From NCBI GenBank assembly GCA_030683705.1, contig JAUXPP010000118.1, positions 5,164 to 69,163 on the forward strand: 64,000 nt of DNA, given 5' to 3'. The stretch is from Polaromonas sp. GTDB taxonomy: Bacteria > Pseudomonadota > Gammaproteobacteria > Burkholderiales > Burkholderiaceae_C. Positions 37,740 through 48,183 of the stretch are shown here, piece by piece (the first letter of the stretch is position 1; every line of letters begins with the position of its first letter). Made by a program: the position numbers and the translations under genes. The notes under the pieces were generated by a model, which saw nothing but the letters and a program-made list of their open reading frames with translations, had not been told where the DNA came from and did not search any database.

Positions 37740-38717
37740 ATGATGCAAAGGCTTCTCCAGTTCACGCTCGACCTGTTCGACAGCCTGCCTGCCCCGTCCG
37801 CCGCAACGCCGCCGCGCCGGGTTCGAAAAAAAACGGCAGATCGGCCTCCAGCCCACGTTCCACCAGCGCAGGCGGCTCCTGAAAAGATAGCAATCCTGAG
37901 CCCCGAGGACCTGTTGCCGGCGCAAACCCTGCAGCAGGTGCTGGCGCCTGCCACCTACCGCCATCCGGCCGCCACGCGCGAAGCGCTGCTGGGCGACGTC
38001 GTCGTGGGCTACCAGTTCCGGCGCGGCAAACGCCGCACCATCGGCTTTTCGGTGGGCGCCGAGGGGCTGGTGGTCAGCGCGCCCAAGTGGGTTCCCCTGT
38101 ACGAGATCGACAAGGCGGTGCAGGAAAAATCCGGCTGGATTGTTGCCAAGCTGCACGAAACACGCGCCCGCCACGACCGGCTCGAAGCCGCCCGCATCGA
38201 GTGGCGCGACGGGACCACCCTGCCTTTCCTCGGCGAGACGGTGCGGCTGCAGATCGACCCGCGCCACGCATTCGGCGGCGTTGGCGGCGAACTCCGGTCC
38301 GCAGAGGCCAGCGACGCCGCTGCGCCGCAGAAAATCCTGTACATCGGCCTGGCGCACGACGCCAGCGCCGAACAGATCCGCGACTCGGTGCAGGCCTGGC
38401 TGATGCGGCGCGCCAAACAGTTGTTTACCGAACGCCTGGACCACTTCGCCCCACATCTGGGCGTGCAATGGCGCAAGCTCAGCCTGAGCAGCGCGGGCAC
38501 CCGCTGGGGCAGCGCCAGCGCCGACGGCGCGATACGGCTGAACTGGCGGCTGGTTCACTTCAAGCCATCGGTGATCGACTACGTGGTGGTGCACGAACTG
38601 AGCCATTTGCGCGTGATGGACCACAGCCCGCGCTTCTGGGATACAGTGCGCACCGTGGTGCCCGACTACGCGCGCTTGCGCAGCCAGTTGAAGGATGAAG
38701 CCGTGCCCCGGTGGTGA
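37740..38717 (+). CDS. YgjP/DUF45-type metal-dependent hydrolase
   Basis: RWGSAS, IRLNWRL, DYVVVHELSH, HSPRFW. Confidence 0.88.
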   Translation: MMQRLLQFTLDLFDSLPAPSAATPPRRVRKKTADRPPAHVPPAQAAPEKIAILSPEDLLPAQTLQQVLAPATYRHPAATREALLGDVVVGYQFRRGKRRTIGFSVGAEGLVVSAPKWVPLYEIDKAVQEKSGWIVAKLHETRARHDRLEAARIEWRDGTTLPFLGETVRLQIDPRHAFGGVGGELRSAEASDAAAPQKILYIGLAHDASAEQIRDSVQAWLMRRAKQLFTERLDHFAPHLGVQWRKLSLSSAGTRWGSASADGAIRLNWRLVHFKPSVIDYVVVHELSHLRVMDHSPRFWDTVRTVVPDYARLRSQLKDEAVPRW

Positions 38718-38871
38718 CATGGATCAACAGGCTTTTTCATGACCCTGCAACAATGATGTGAGGGCTAATACGGCTGGACAATTTTGTTAATTTCTGTAAT
38801 ATGACAAAGGTGATAAAAATGACAGCCAGAGTCCAGGGGATTCGGCGAGCAACTCTTGCAGCGAAGGTCTT

Positions 38872-39312
38872 ATGAACGACAACCCGATTCTCGTAGTTGA
38901 GGACAATCCTGACCACCTGGAACTGACCGTCCTGACGCTGCAGGAACAGGGGGCGGACACCGCGATTGTCACGGCGCGTGATGGCGCCGAAGCACTCGAC
39001 TACCTGTTCGGCCAGGGCGCGCACGCCGGGCGCGATACGCACAAGCAGCCCGCGTTCATCCTGCTGGACATGAAGCTGCCCAAGCTGTCGGGGCTGGACG
39101 TGCTGCGCAGCGTGCGCGCCAACCCGCTGACGGCGCTGGTCCCGGTGGTCATGCTGACCTCTTCGAGCGAGCAGTCCGACATCATTGCCTGCTACCAGAG
39201 CGGCGCCAACGGCTTTGTGCGCAAGCCGGTCGACTTCGGCGAGTTCACCGAAAAACTCAGCCGCCTGCAGCATTACTGGCTGCGCGTCAACGAGTCCATC
39301 GCGACGGCGTGA
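38872..39312 (+). CDS. Single-domain response regulator (Rcp1-like)
   Basis: VVEDNPD, LLDMKLPK, MLTSS, RKPVDF, YWL. Confidence 0.9.
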   Translation: MNDNPILVVEDNPDHLELTVLTLQEQGADTAIVTARDGAEALDYLFGQGAHAGRDTHKQPAFILLDMKLPKLSGLDVLRSVRANPLTALVPVVMLTSSSEQSDIIACYQSGANGFVRKPVDFGEFTEKLSRLQHYWLRVNESIATA

Positions 39313-39421
39313 CCCGCGCAAGGGCCGGCCGCCATGCCCGGCCCTGCTTCTGCCGGCCTTTCCCGGCGTGCCTGATCCCCGGTGACTTACAGTCGGGTGA
39401 ATCTACATCGCTGAAAGCACC

Positions 39422-42400
39422 ATGAAGGCCAGGATCAGTTTGCGCGCACGTATCGTCATGCTGGTGGTCGTGGCGATTGTTCCGCTGTTCGGCATGTCCA
39501 TCTTCAAGGCGTTGCACAACGCCGACGCCGAGGTGGCGCGTGCCAAGGACGACCTGCGTTTCGCCGCGTCGCTGGCCGCGGCCGGCCAGGAGCGGGTGGC
39601 CGATTCTGCGCGCCAGGTCCTGACGCTGATTGCGTCCCTGCCGGAGATCCAGGATGCCGGCAACACCGACTGCGACCGTTATTTTTCAAGCCTGTCCCGG
39701 CGGCTGCCGGAGTATGCCAACCTCGGCGTCGCCGGGCTGGACGGCCAGACCCGCTGTCACGCGCTGGGCAGCGGCCGGAAGGCCTATGTGGGCGACCGGG
39801 CCTACTTCCAGGATGCGATCGAACAACGCCGCTTTGTGGTCGGCAGCTTTGCGGTAGGCCGGCTGGCGAACAAGCCGGTCCTGACCTATGCCCTGCCGGT
39901 GATCGATACGGCGGACCGCATCACCGGTGTGGTGTTCGCCTCGTTCGACCTGGCCGAGATGGCCCGGCTGGTCGATGCCATCCAGCTGCCCATGGGCGCT
40001 GCCCTCGGCATCCAGGACCGTGAAGGCGCGCTGCTGGCGGGCAAGCCGAAACTCCCCATCAATGTCGGCGACAAGGTGCGCAGCCCGGTGTTGCAGGAAG
40101 CGGTGCAGAGCCTGAGCACCGGTGTCCGCGAAGGGCCGGACGGCGCCGGCCACGAGCGCGTCTGGGCCTTCAGGCCCAGCAGCCCGCGTACCGAGGCGGC
40201 GGTGTTTGTGTCCGTCAGCATGGACCGCGGACTGATCGTGGGCCCGGGTCACCGGCAGTTGTGGCTGGAGCTGGCGGTGCTGGCGCTGGTCGCTTTCCTG
40301 GGCGCGTGGGTCGCCTGGATGATTGGCGGCAGCGGCATTGTCGGGCCTGCGCACCAGATTCTGTATGCGACGCGCCAGCTCGAACAGGGCCGACTCGGCG
40401 TTCGCATACCGCTGCGCAAGGACCGCACGGCGGGCGAGTTCGGCAAGATCGCGGCCAGTTTCAACCTGATGGCCGATTCGCTCGAGCAGCGCGAGCGTGA
40501 TGTGGAAAACGAGCTGGCGCGCAGCCGCCAGGCCTACGCGACGCTGGAGCTGACCGTCAACAGCATGCAGGAAGGCCTGATGGCGGTCGACACCACCGGC
40601 CGTCTGCTGCTGATCAACGAAACCGCTTCGCGGCTGTTTGCCATCGACGACCTGTCCATGGTGCTGTCCCCGCGCTGGCCCGAACGCCAGGGCCTGTTTG
40701 TGCCGGGCACCCAGGCCTTGTACGCGTTCGACCAGTTGCCCCTGTACCTGGCCCTGCAGGGCGAAAGCGGCGGCCCCCTGCACATCCTGGTGCGCAACGA
40801 ACAGGAGGCCGGCGGCCGGCTGATCAGTTGCAGCTACCGACCCATGCGTGGCCCGGACAGCGTGGTCGGCGCCCTGATGGTCTTCAGCGACATCACCGAC
40901 GTGGAGCGCCTGCAGCTCGAGCAGACGCGCAGCTACGAGCAGTTGCGCGAGGTCCAGCGCAAACTGCTCAATGCCCAGCGCCTCGGGCGCATCGGCAACT
41001 GGGAGCTGGACCTGGGCAGCGGGCTGCTCTGGTGGTCCGACGAGGTGTACGAACTGTATGGCCTGGCGCGCGAGCAGTTCGACGGCCATCCCGACACGGT
41101 GCTACGCCTGATTCATCCCGACGACCGCGCCGACTACGACCGGCTGCGCCAGGTGGCGATGCGGGACGGCCTGCCGCTCGATGTCGAATACCGCATCATC
41201 ACGCCGGACGGACAGACCCGCTGGATCCACCAGATCGGCGAGCCGCACGCTGACGCGCAGGGCAGCGGCATCCTGCGTGCCGGCGTGGTGCAGGACGTCA
41301 CCAGCCGCAAAACGGCGCAGCAGCTTGCCGCGCGCACGACAGAGATGCTCAAGCGCACCGGCGACATGGCCAAAATCGGCGGCTGGGAGGTGGTGCTCGA
41401 CGGACTGCAGCCGGTGTGGTCGGAGCAGGTCTACCGCATCTACGAGGTGGAGCCGGGCACCCCGTTCAGCGTGGCGCAGGCCATGGCCTGTTATGCGCCG
41501 CAGGCACAGCCGGCGCTGCGGGCAGCGGCGCGGGCCGCGGCGGAACACGGCACCTCCTGGGACCTGGAGCTGCCGCTGGTGACGATGAAAGGCCGGGCCC
41601 TCTGGGTGCGGACCCAGGGGCGCGCGCTGCTGCAGGACGGCCGTGTCACGCGGGTGGTGGGCGCGTTGCAGGACATCACCGCGCAGCATGATTCGCAGGA
41701 GCAGTTGCGCCTGCTGGGAACCAGCATTGCCCGCCTCAACGACATTGTCATCATCACCGAGGCCAGCCCGCTCACGGAGCCCGGCCCGCGCATCGTGTTT
41801 GTCAACGATGCGTTCGAGCGCCGCACCGGCTACCGGCGCGAGGAAGTGCTGGGCCGCTCGCCGCGCTTCCTGCAGGGGCCCAGGACACAACGCGCAGAAC
41901 TCGACCGCATCGGCGAGGCCATGCGGCAGATGAAGCCGGTGCGCGCAGAACTGATCAACTACCGCAAGAATGGCGAGGAGTTCTGGCTGGACCTCGACAT
42001 GGTCCCCATCGCCGACGGGAGCGGCCAGTTCACCCATTTTGTGGCCGTCGAGCGCGACATCACCAAACGCAAACTCGCCGTGCAGGCGCTGATCGAGAGC
42101 GAGCAGCGCTACGCCGCCCTGTTCGAGGCTGCGCCTGTGGCGATGTGGATCGTCGACAGCCAGACGCTGGGCTTCCTGGCGGTCAACCAGATTGCGCTGG
42201 ACAACTACGGTTACAGCCGGGAGGACTTCCTGCGCCTGACGGTGTCCGACATCCTGTCGCCCGCCGAGCGCGCCGAACTGGCGCAGCATGTGGCGAAAAC
42301 CAGTTCCGGCCTGGTGCATCGCTGGCAGCATGTGGACAGCCAGGGCCGGGAGTTTCCGGTGGAAACCCTGTCGCGCGCCATCACCTACCTGGACAAGGCG

Positions 42401-44110
42401 GCGCGGTTTGTCGTGGCGGTCAATGTCTCGGCCCAGGTCAGGGCCGAGAACGAGGTGCAGGCTTACCTCTTCACCTTGCAGCGCGCCGCCGACGCGACCC
42501 AGGCCATCACCGCCCATCACACCCTGGAAGCCACCATGCAGGAGACGGTGGACCAGGCGCGCGCGGTGGTGGGTGCGCACCAGGCGGTGGTGAGCCTGAC
42601 CGCCCGCGGCGATTCCGCGCCGGCGATCAATGCCACCTCCTTTTCGGACCATTACGCCAACTGCCGGGACTTTGTGCAGCAGGCCCATGGCTGCGGCATC
42701 GCGCAGGCGGTCTGCCAGACCAACAGCCCGATGCGGCTGACACAGGCCGAACTGGAGGCGCAGCCGGGCTGGCAGCCGGTCGCGGCCGACCGTCCCGGCC
42801 CGCCGCCCATGCGCGGCTGGCTGGCCGTGCCCCTGACAGGGCGCCACGGCGAAAATGTCGGCTTGCTGCAACTGACCGACAAATACGAAGGCGATTTCAG
42901 CTTGCAGGACCAGTATGTGGCGGTCGAGCTGGCGCAGCTCGCGTCCATCGCGATCGACAATGCCCGGTTGTTCGAAGAGGTGCACCAGCTCAACCTGGGG
43001 CTGGAGGAAAAGGTCGCCGAACGCACCGCCGCGCTGGAACGCCAGGAAGCCCTGTTCCGCACCCTGGCCGAACAGGCGCCGCAGGTCATCTGGAATGCCG
43101 AGCCGGGCGGCCGCGTGACCTATGCCAACCGCAAGTGGTATGAGCTGATGGGCGGCACGACGGACGACTGGATGGGGCACAAATGGCTGGGGGCCGTGCA
43201 TCCCGACGACCTGCCCGACATGCTGGCCAACTGGCAGGCGGCGCGCGAGACACTGACGCCCTACACCGGCCTGCGCCGCATGCTGACCAGCGATGGCACC
43301 TACCACGTGATGTCCTACCGCGCCTCCCCGGTGCTCGATGACAGCGGGCAGGTGCTGTTCTGGGTTGGCATCGATGCCGACGTCACAGAGATCAAGGCCA
43401 TCGAGGCGGCGTTGCGCCTGTCGAACCAGGAGCTCGAGGCTTTTTCCTATTCAGTCTCGCATGACCTGCGCTCGCCCCTGAACACGATCGACGGGTTCAG
43501 CCGCCTGCTGGCCAAACAGCTGGACCAGGGCTCGGCCACCGAGAAAGTCCAGCACTACCTGTCACGCATCCAGGCCGGCGTGGCGCAGATGGGGCGCCTG
43601 ATCGAGGACCTGCTGTCCCTGGCGCAGGTCTCCCGCATGCAATTGCGCGACGAGACCGTGGATCTCAGCGCCATTGCGGGCGATATTGCCGATGACTGCC
43701 GCGGGCGCGATCCCTCCCGGGTGGCCGACATCAGCATCGAAGACGGGCTGCGCGTGCAGGGCGACGGCCGGCTGGTGCGCGTGGTGATGGAAAACCTCAT
43801 GGGCAACGCCTGGAAGTTCACTTCACAGCGGCCACGCACTGTGATCAGCGTCGGGCAGACCCGGGTTGAAGGCGGCGTCACCGCATTTTTTGTGCGCGAC
43901 AACGGCGCCGGCTTCGACATGGCGTATGCCGACAAGCTGTTCAACACCTTCCAGCGCCTGCATGCGGTCAGCGAGTTCCCGGGCACCGGCGTGGGCCTGG
44001 CGACGGTGAGCCGCGTGATCGGCCGGCATCGCGGCCAGGTATGGGCCGAGTCCGCGCCGGACCAGGGTGCCACCTTCTTTTTCACCTTGCCGGGCGCGCC
44101 GGCCGCCTGA
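39422..44110 (+). CDS. Large sensor histidine kinase (Cache-like, HAMP, multiple PAS, GAF, HisKA, HATPase)
   Basis: Two TM helices, repeated PAS/PAC units ending DIT/DVT, GAF (LAVPL..VGLLQL), SVSHDLRSPL, NAWKFT, DNGAG, FQRLH, GTGVGL. Confidence 0.92.
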   Translation: MKARISLRARIVMLVVVAIVPLFGMSIFKALHNADAEVARAKDDLRFAASLAAAGQERVADSARQVLTLIASLPEIQDAGNTDCDRYFSSLSRRLPEYANLGVAGLDGQTRCHALGSGRKAYVGDRAYFQDAIEQRRFVVGSFAVGRLANKPVLTYALPVIDTADRITGVVFASFDLAEMARLVDAIQLPMGAALGIQDREGALLAGKPKLPINVGDKVRSPVLQEAVQSLSTGVREGPDGAGHERVWAFRPSSPRTEAAVFVSVSMDRGLIVGPGHRQLWLELAVLALVAFLGAWVAWMIGGSGIVGPAHQILYATRQLEQGRLGVRIPLRKDRTAGEFGKIAASFNLMADSLEQRERDVENELARSRQAYATLELTVNSMQEGLMAVDTTGRLLLINETASRLFAIDDLSMVLSPRWPERQGLFVPGTQALYAFDQLPLYLALQGESGGPLHILVRNEQEAGGRLISCSYRPMRGPDSVVGALMVFSDITDVERLQLEQTRSYEQLREVQRKLLNAQRLGRIGNWELDLGSGLLWWSDEVYELYGLAREQFDGHPDTVLRLIHPDDRADYDRLRQVAMRDGLPLDVEYRIITPDGQTRWIHQIGEPHADAQGSGILRAGVVQDVTSRKTAQQLAARTTEMLKRTGDMAKIGGWEVVLDGLQPVWSEQVYRIYEVEPGTPFSVAQAMACYAPQAQPALRAAARAAAEHGTSWDLELPLVTMKGRALWVRTQGRALLQDGRVTRVVGALQDITAQHDSQEQLRLLGTSIARLNDIVIITEASPLTEPGPRIVFVNDAFERRTGYRREEVLGRSPRFLQGPRTQRAELDRIGEAMRQMKPVRAELINYRKNGEEFWLDLDMVPIADGSGQFTHFVAVERDITKRKLAVQALIESEQRYAALFEAAPVAMWIVDSQTLGFLAVNQIALDNYGYSREDFLRLTVSDILSPAERAELAQHVAKTSSGLVHRWQHVDSQGREFPVETLSRAITYLDKAARFVVAVNVSAQVRAENEVQAYLFTLQRAADATQAITAHHTLEATMQETVDQARAVVGAHQAVVSLTARGDSAPAINATSFSDHYANCRDFVQQAHGCGIAQAVCQTNSPMRLTQAELEAQPGWQPVAADRPGPPPMRGWLAVPLTGRHGENVGLLQLTDKYEGDFSLQDQYVAVELAQLASIAIDNARLFEEVHQLNLGLEEKVAERTAALERQEALFRTLAEQAPQVIWNAEPGGRVTYANRKWYELMGGTTDDWMGHKWLGAVHPDDLPDMLANWQAARETLTPYTGLRRMLTSDGTYHVMSYRASPVLDDSGQVLFWVGIDADVTEIKAIEAALRLSNQELEAFSYSVSHDLRSPLNTIDGFSRLLAKQLDQGSATEKVQHYLSRIQAGVAQMGRLIEDLLSLAQVSRMQLRDETVDLSAIAGDIADDCRGRDPSRVADISIEDGLRVQGDGRLVRVVMENLMGNAWKFTSQRPRTVISVGQTRVEGGVTAFFVRDNGAGFDMAYADKLFNTFQRLHAVSEFPGTGVGLATVSRVIGRHRGQVWAESAPDQGATFFFTLPGAPAA

Positions 44111-44145
44111 AGGCGGCAGCGTCTGGTCTTCCCAGGTCCGCCGGC

Positions 44146-44208
44146 GCTATTCTTTTGATAGCTGCCAACGCTCGTCAATGAAGGGCTTGTCGCAGTTTTG
44201 TTGATGAA
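44146..44208 (+). repeat. Family A REP-like repeat (diverged)
   Basis: GCTATTCTTTTGATAGCTGCCAACGCTCG..GGGCTTG. Confidence 0.65.
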
Positions 44209-44319
44209 TGCCGGGCCGCCCCGTTGTGAAAAATAACCAAATTGATAGATAAGCCATCTCATTGATTAAATTCGCCAAATCTATTAAATTTCAATTTCTT
44301 TCTTTTTCGGGTCCTATCC

Positions 44320-44961
44320 ATGCCGGGCGAGCCCCAGACCTTCGAGAGTGCCATCACCAGCACCGACTTCTCCAGTGACGACTATTGCGGCACCACCTAT
44401 GCCGCGAAACTGCTGGGCCTGTCCGTGGCCACCGTGCAGTCCCTGGTTGAAAAAGGGGAAATCGAGGCCTGGAAAACCCTGGGCGGCCATCGGCGCCTGT
44501 CGCTGCGGGCCATCAACGCCTACCTGCAGAAAAACAGCCCGCAACTGGCGCCGGCCGACCCGGACCCGCGCAGCCGCCTGAGCGTGCTGGTGGTGGAGGA
44601 CGACGAAGACGCGCGCGAACTCTACAAGGCCCAGTTCGACGAGTGGAACATGCCGGTGGATTGCAGCTTCATGCCGTCCGCGCTGGAGGCGCTGATGGAT
44701 ATTGCCACCATGCGCCCCAACCTGCTGATCACCGACCTGAACATGCCCGGGGTGGACGGCATGGAAATGCTGCGCGCGCTCAAGCGCAACCAGCAACTCG
44801 CTTCCATGCAGATCCTGGTGATCAGCGGCCTGCCCAAGGAAGCGGTGGAAGAGCGCGGCGGCCTGCCGCCCAATTCGCACTATCTGGAAAAACCCATCAA
44901 TTTCGACTGGCTTCATGGCTATGTGACCGCCCTGCTGGTGGCCAACCGCAAATGGCGCTGA
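44320..44961 (+). CDS. Excisionase-like HTH + REC response regulator
   Basis: TTYAAKLLGLSVATVQ..WKTLGGHRR; ITDLNMP; KP. Confidence 0.87.
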   Translation: MPGEPQTFESAITSTDFSSDDYCGTTYAAKLLGLSVATVQSLVEKGEIEAWKTLGGHRRLSLRAINAYLQKNSPQLAPADPDPRSRLSVLVVEDDEDARELYKAQFDEWNMPVDCSFMPSALEALMDIATMRPNLLITDLNMPGVDGMEMLRALKRNQQLASMQILVISGLPKEAVEERGGLPPNSHYLEKPINFDWLHGYVTALLVANRKWR

Positions 44962-44987
44962 AGCACCCGGGCTGAAAAGAGCGGAAG

Positions 44988-46613
44988 GTGCAGTCTCCAC
45001 TGGCCGTGTTTCGCGCGTGGCTGCAGGCCCTCCGGCCGGGCCGGCCGCGTCCGGCCTGGGGGGACACGCTGGCGGGCGGCGGCGACATGGCGGACGCCGA
45101 GGGCTGGCAGGCCGGACTGGAACTGGCGACCCAGGGCATCCTGGTGCTGGATGAGGACTGGCGTATCACGGCGGCCAACAGCCTCGCCCGGGCCTTGCTG
45201 CATGCGCCGGGCGCCGGTCTGGCGGGCAGGGAGTTCTGGGACGCCCTGGCCGACGATGTCGCCGACGCCCACCGCGGCGCCTCAGAACAGGCCTTGCAGG
45301 ACGGTGCCGCGCATGTGTTTGTCGTGCATGACCCGTTCGAGGACCGGTGGACCGAATACAGCCTGCGGCGCCATGGCAGCGGTGTGGTGGTGAACCTGCG
45401 GGACGTCAGCGACACCCGTCAGGCCCTGCTGCTGCTGCAAGCCAGCGAATTCTGCAACCAGAGCCTGTTCGACGGCAACACCCAGGCCATGTGGCTGTTT
45501 GATGCCGAATCCCTGCGTGTCCTCGCGCTCAACAAGGAGGCGGCCCTGTTCTACGGCCTGCCGGCCGACACGGCGGCGATGCCCCTGGCCGATGTATTTT
45601 TCCCCGACGGGGAAGCGGCGGCCTGGCTGGAGAGCCTGCCCGGCGGTGACTTCCAGCAGCAGATGCGGGTGTGTGCGCAGCGCCGGACCAACGGCGAGCA
45701 GGTGCTGGTGGAGCTGGCCTGCAGCACGGTGTTGTGGTTTGACCGGCGGGCCGTGCTGGTCAGCGTGGTCGACGTGGGTGAACGGCATTTTGCCGACACC
45801 CGCTTGCAGCAGCTCAATGAAGCGCTGGAGCAGCGGCTCGCCCGGATGGCGACCGAGCTGCAGCACAGCCGCCAGGAAACCGCCACCTTCACCCAGGCGA
45901 TGTCGGACGACCTGAAGGCGCCGCTGCATGTGGTCAGCGGTTTTGCCGCCACGCTGGCCGAGCGTTATTCGGCTGCGCTCGACGAGCAGGGCAGGCATTA
46001 CCTGTCGCGCATCCGGGCCAGCGCCCGCCAGCTGGCCAGGCTGTTCGACGACCTGCGCACGCTGGCCCATCTGCCCGGCGTGGCGATCAGCCCGGAGCCG
46101 GTGGATCTGGCGCCGGTGTGTCGGCGGCTGATCGATGACTGGCGCAAGCGCGAACCGGACCGGCAACTGGTGCTCGAGATCCCCGCGGCGTTGCCGGTGT
46201 TCGGCGACAGGAACCTGCTGCTCACCGCCATGGACTGCCTGCTGGACAACGCCTGGAAGTTCACCGGCCGCAAGGCGCAGGGCTGGATACAGGTCGCGTT
46301 GCTGCCGGCTTCATCCTCGGGCAACAGTGTGCTGGTGGTGGCGGACAACGGGGCGGGTTTCGACGCGGCATATGCCGACCGGCTGTTCACCGCGTTTCTG
46401 CGCCTGCACTCGTCCGCCGATTTTCCGGGGGGTGGCCTCGGCCTGGCCATTGTCAAGGGGGTGGCCGGGCGCCATGGCGGCACGGTCTGGGCCACCACGG
46501 CAGAAAGCGGCGGCGCCAGTTTTTTCATGGCGCTGCCGCAGGCACCGCGGGACAGCCCGGCCGTGGCGGCGCCGCACCTGCCGCCGCCGGATCAGGCGGG
46601 ATCAAACCGGTAA
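44988..46613 (+). CDS. PAS-PAS histidine kinase-like protein lacking the phospho-accepting His
   Basis: H-box reads MSDDLKAPL; N, G1, F and G2 boxes present (NAWKFT, DNGAG, FLRLH, GGGLGL). Confidence 0.82.
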   Translation: MQSPLAVFRAWLQALRPGRPRPAWGDTLAGGGDMADAEGWQAGLELATQGILVLDEDWRITAANSLARALLHAPGAGLAGREFWDALADDVADAHRGASEQALQDGAAHVFVVHDPFEDRWTEYSLRRHGSGVVVNLRDVSDTRQALLLLQASEFCNQSLFDGNTQAMWLFDAESLRVLALNKEAALFYGLPADTAAMPLADVFFPDGEAAAWLESLPGGDFQQQMRVCAQRRTNGEQVLVELACSTVLWFDRRAVLVSVVDVGERHFADTRLQQLNEALEQRLARMATELQHSRQETATFTQAMSDDLKAPLHVVSGFAATLAERYSAALDEQGRHYLSRIRASARQLARLFDDLRTLAHLPGVAISPEPVDLAPVCRRLIDDWRKREPDRQLVLEIPAALPVFGDRNLLLTAMDCLLDNAWKFTGRKAQGWIQVALLPASSSGNSVLVVADNGAGFDAAYADRLFTAFLRLHSSADFPGGGLGLAIVKGVAGRHGGTVWATTAESGGASFFMALPQAPRDSPAVAAPHLPPPDQAGSNR

Positions 46614-47647
46614 ACGCCGTCCTGGCCCAGCTGGCGCCGCAGCCGTCCCTCGAACCACAGGGCGTGCAGGTGGGCCACCGCCTCACCCATGGCAAATGTC
46701 GTCTGGTGCAGGTCCAGCGGGCGTTTGAACATCACCGGCAGGATGTCGGCGCCGCTGCAGGGGCTGGCCGCGCAGGCCTGCATCACCTCGGCCAGCCGCT
46801 CGCGGTGGTGCGCATGCAGCTGGGCGATGCGCGTGTGCAGGCCACGGAAGGGCTTGCCGTGCGAGGGCAGCACCAGCGTATCGGCATGCAGCGCCCCGAA
46901 TTTGTCAATCGACTGGAGGAACAGCGCCAGCGGGTCGGACTCAGGCTCCACGTCGTAGACGCTGATGTTGGTCGAGATGCGCGGCAACACCATGTCACCG
47001 CTGATCAGCACCTTGAGCTCCGCGCATGACAGGGCGATGTGTTCCGGCGCGTGGCCGTAGCCGCTGATGCAGGCCCAGTCGCGCCCGCCGATACGGATCA
47101 CCTGCCCGTCCATCATGCGGTGAAAGCTGGCCGGAACCGCCGGCACCAGGCCCGGGTAGTAGTTGCTGCGGCCGCGGATCTGCGCCAGGTGCTCGGGGTT
47201 GGCGAGCCCGTGCGAGGCAAAAAAGCCGGCCGAATTCTCCCCGCCGAAACCGGTGCTGCCGCGGATGCTGAGGCTGGCCGTGTTGTAGTCGGTGGCGCTG
47301 ATCCACAGCGGGGCCTTCCAGCGCTCGCACAACCAGTGGGCCAGGCCGATGTGGTCGGGGTGCATGTGGGTGACGATCACGCGCAGGATGGGCAGGTCTT
47401 CCAGCTCGCCGGAAAAAATCTGCTCCCATTGCGCCCTGGCCTCGTCCCGGCTGACGCAGCAGTCGACCACGGTCCAGCCGCGCTGCCCGCCGATCTCGTC
47501 CCTGAGCAGCCACAGGTTGATGTGGTCCAGCGCAAACGGCAGGCCCATGCGTATCCATTTGACACCGGGCGCCAGCTCCAGCGTGGCGCCGGCGGCGGGC
47601 AGGGCGTCGCCCAGCGGGTAGAGAAGTTCTGCTTCCTGTGCATTCAT
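46592..47647 (-). CDS. Metallo-beta-lactamase fold hydrolase
   Basis: THMHPDHIG, GHAPEH, SGD, PSHG. Confidence 0.9.
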   Translation of the reverse strand: MNAQEAELLYPLGDALPAAGATLELAPGVKWIRMGLPFALDHINLWLLRDEIGGQRGWTVVDCCVSRDEARAQWEQIFSGELEDLPILRVIVTHMHPDHIGLAHWLCERWKAPLWISATDYNTASLSIRGSTGFGGENSAGFFASHGLANPEHLAQIRGRSNYYPGLVPAVPASFHRMMDGQVIRIGGRDWACISGYGHAPEHIALSCAELKVLISGDMVLPRISTNISVYDVEPESDPLALFLQSIDKFGALHADTLVLPSHGKPFRGLHTRIAQLHAHHRERLAEVMQACAASPCSGADILPVMFKRPLDLHQTTFAMGEAVAHLHALWFEGRLRRQLGQDGVYRFDPA

Positions 47648-47672
47648 CTTGTAAGATCGCCTGTCGGTTGAC

Positions 47673-47690
47673 GTTTACGTTAACGTAAAC
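47673..47690 (+). promoter_or_regulatory. LiuR operator; perfect 18 bp palindrome adjoining a TTGACG -35 element
   Basis: GTTTACGTTAACGTAAAC matches the established LiuR motif (TTACGT-ww-ACGTAA); lies between the divergent MBL hydrolase and liuR. Confidence 0.85.
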
Positions 47691-47757
47691 TAAGACCCCA
47701 TTACACCTGATTTACCGTCCGGTGGTCCCAAGCTTCTGTCACCCGGGTTTCACACAC

Positions 47758-48177
47758 ATGGCAAGCACCACGTATTCCATCAGCGATCTGGCCAGGGAGT
47801 TCGACCTGACGACGCGTGCCATCCGCTTTTATGAAGACATGGGCCTGCTGCAGCCGCAGCGCGAAGGCCCGGGCGGCCGCAGCCGCGTCTACAGCGCGCG
47901 CGACCGCACCCGGCTCAAGCTGACCCTGCGCGCCAAGCGCCTGGGCCTGAGCCTGACCGAGGCGCGGGAAATCATCGACACCTACGACAGCCCGCGCGAC
48001 ACCGGCCCGCAACTGACCAAGTTCCTGGCGGTGCTGGCGCAACACCGCAAGCAGCTCGAGGAGCAGATGGCCGACCTGCAGGCCAACCTGGAAGAGGTCA
48101 AGCTGCATGAAAAGGAAGCCCGCGCGCTGCTGGCCAAAACCGGCAAAGCCGCGCCCGCCCCCAAACCCCGGAAATGA
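47758..48177 (+). CDS. liuR: MerR-family regulator of leucine/isovalerate utilisation
   Basis: YSISDLAREFDLTTRAIRFYEDMGLL, KRLGLSL; heads the ivd cluster and has the LiuR box upstream. Confidence 0.88.
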   Translation: MASTTYSISDLAREFDLTTRAIRFYEDMGLLQPQREGPGGRSRVYSARDRTRLKLTLRAKRLGLSLTEAREIIDTYDSPRDTGPQLTKFLAVLAQHRKQLEEQMADLQANLEEVKLHEKEARALLAKTGKAAPAPKPRK

Positions 48178-48183
48178 GTCACC

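Noticed and set aside
38809-38824. GGTGA-N6-TGACA, 8/10 CRP-like site upstream of the response regulator
   Set aside because: Two mismatches in an AT-rich promoter; could be chance.
44320-44961. Excisionase-like HTH as a sign of a prophage or ICE
   Set aside because: It is fused to a REC domain among two-component genes; no integrase, att site or phage genes seen.
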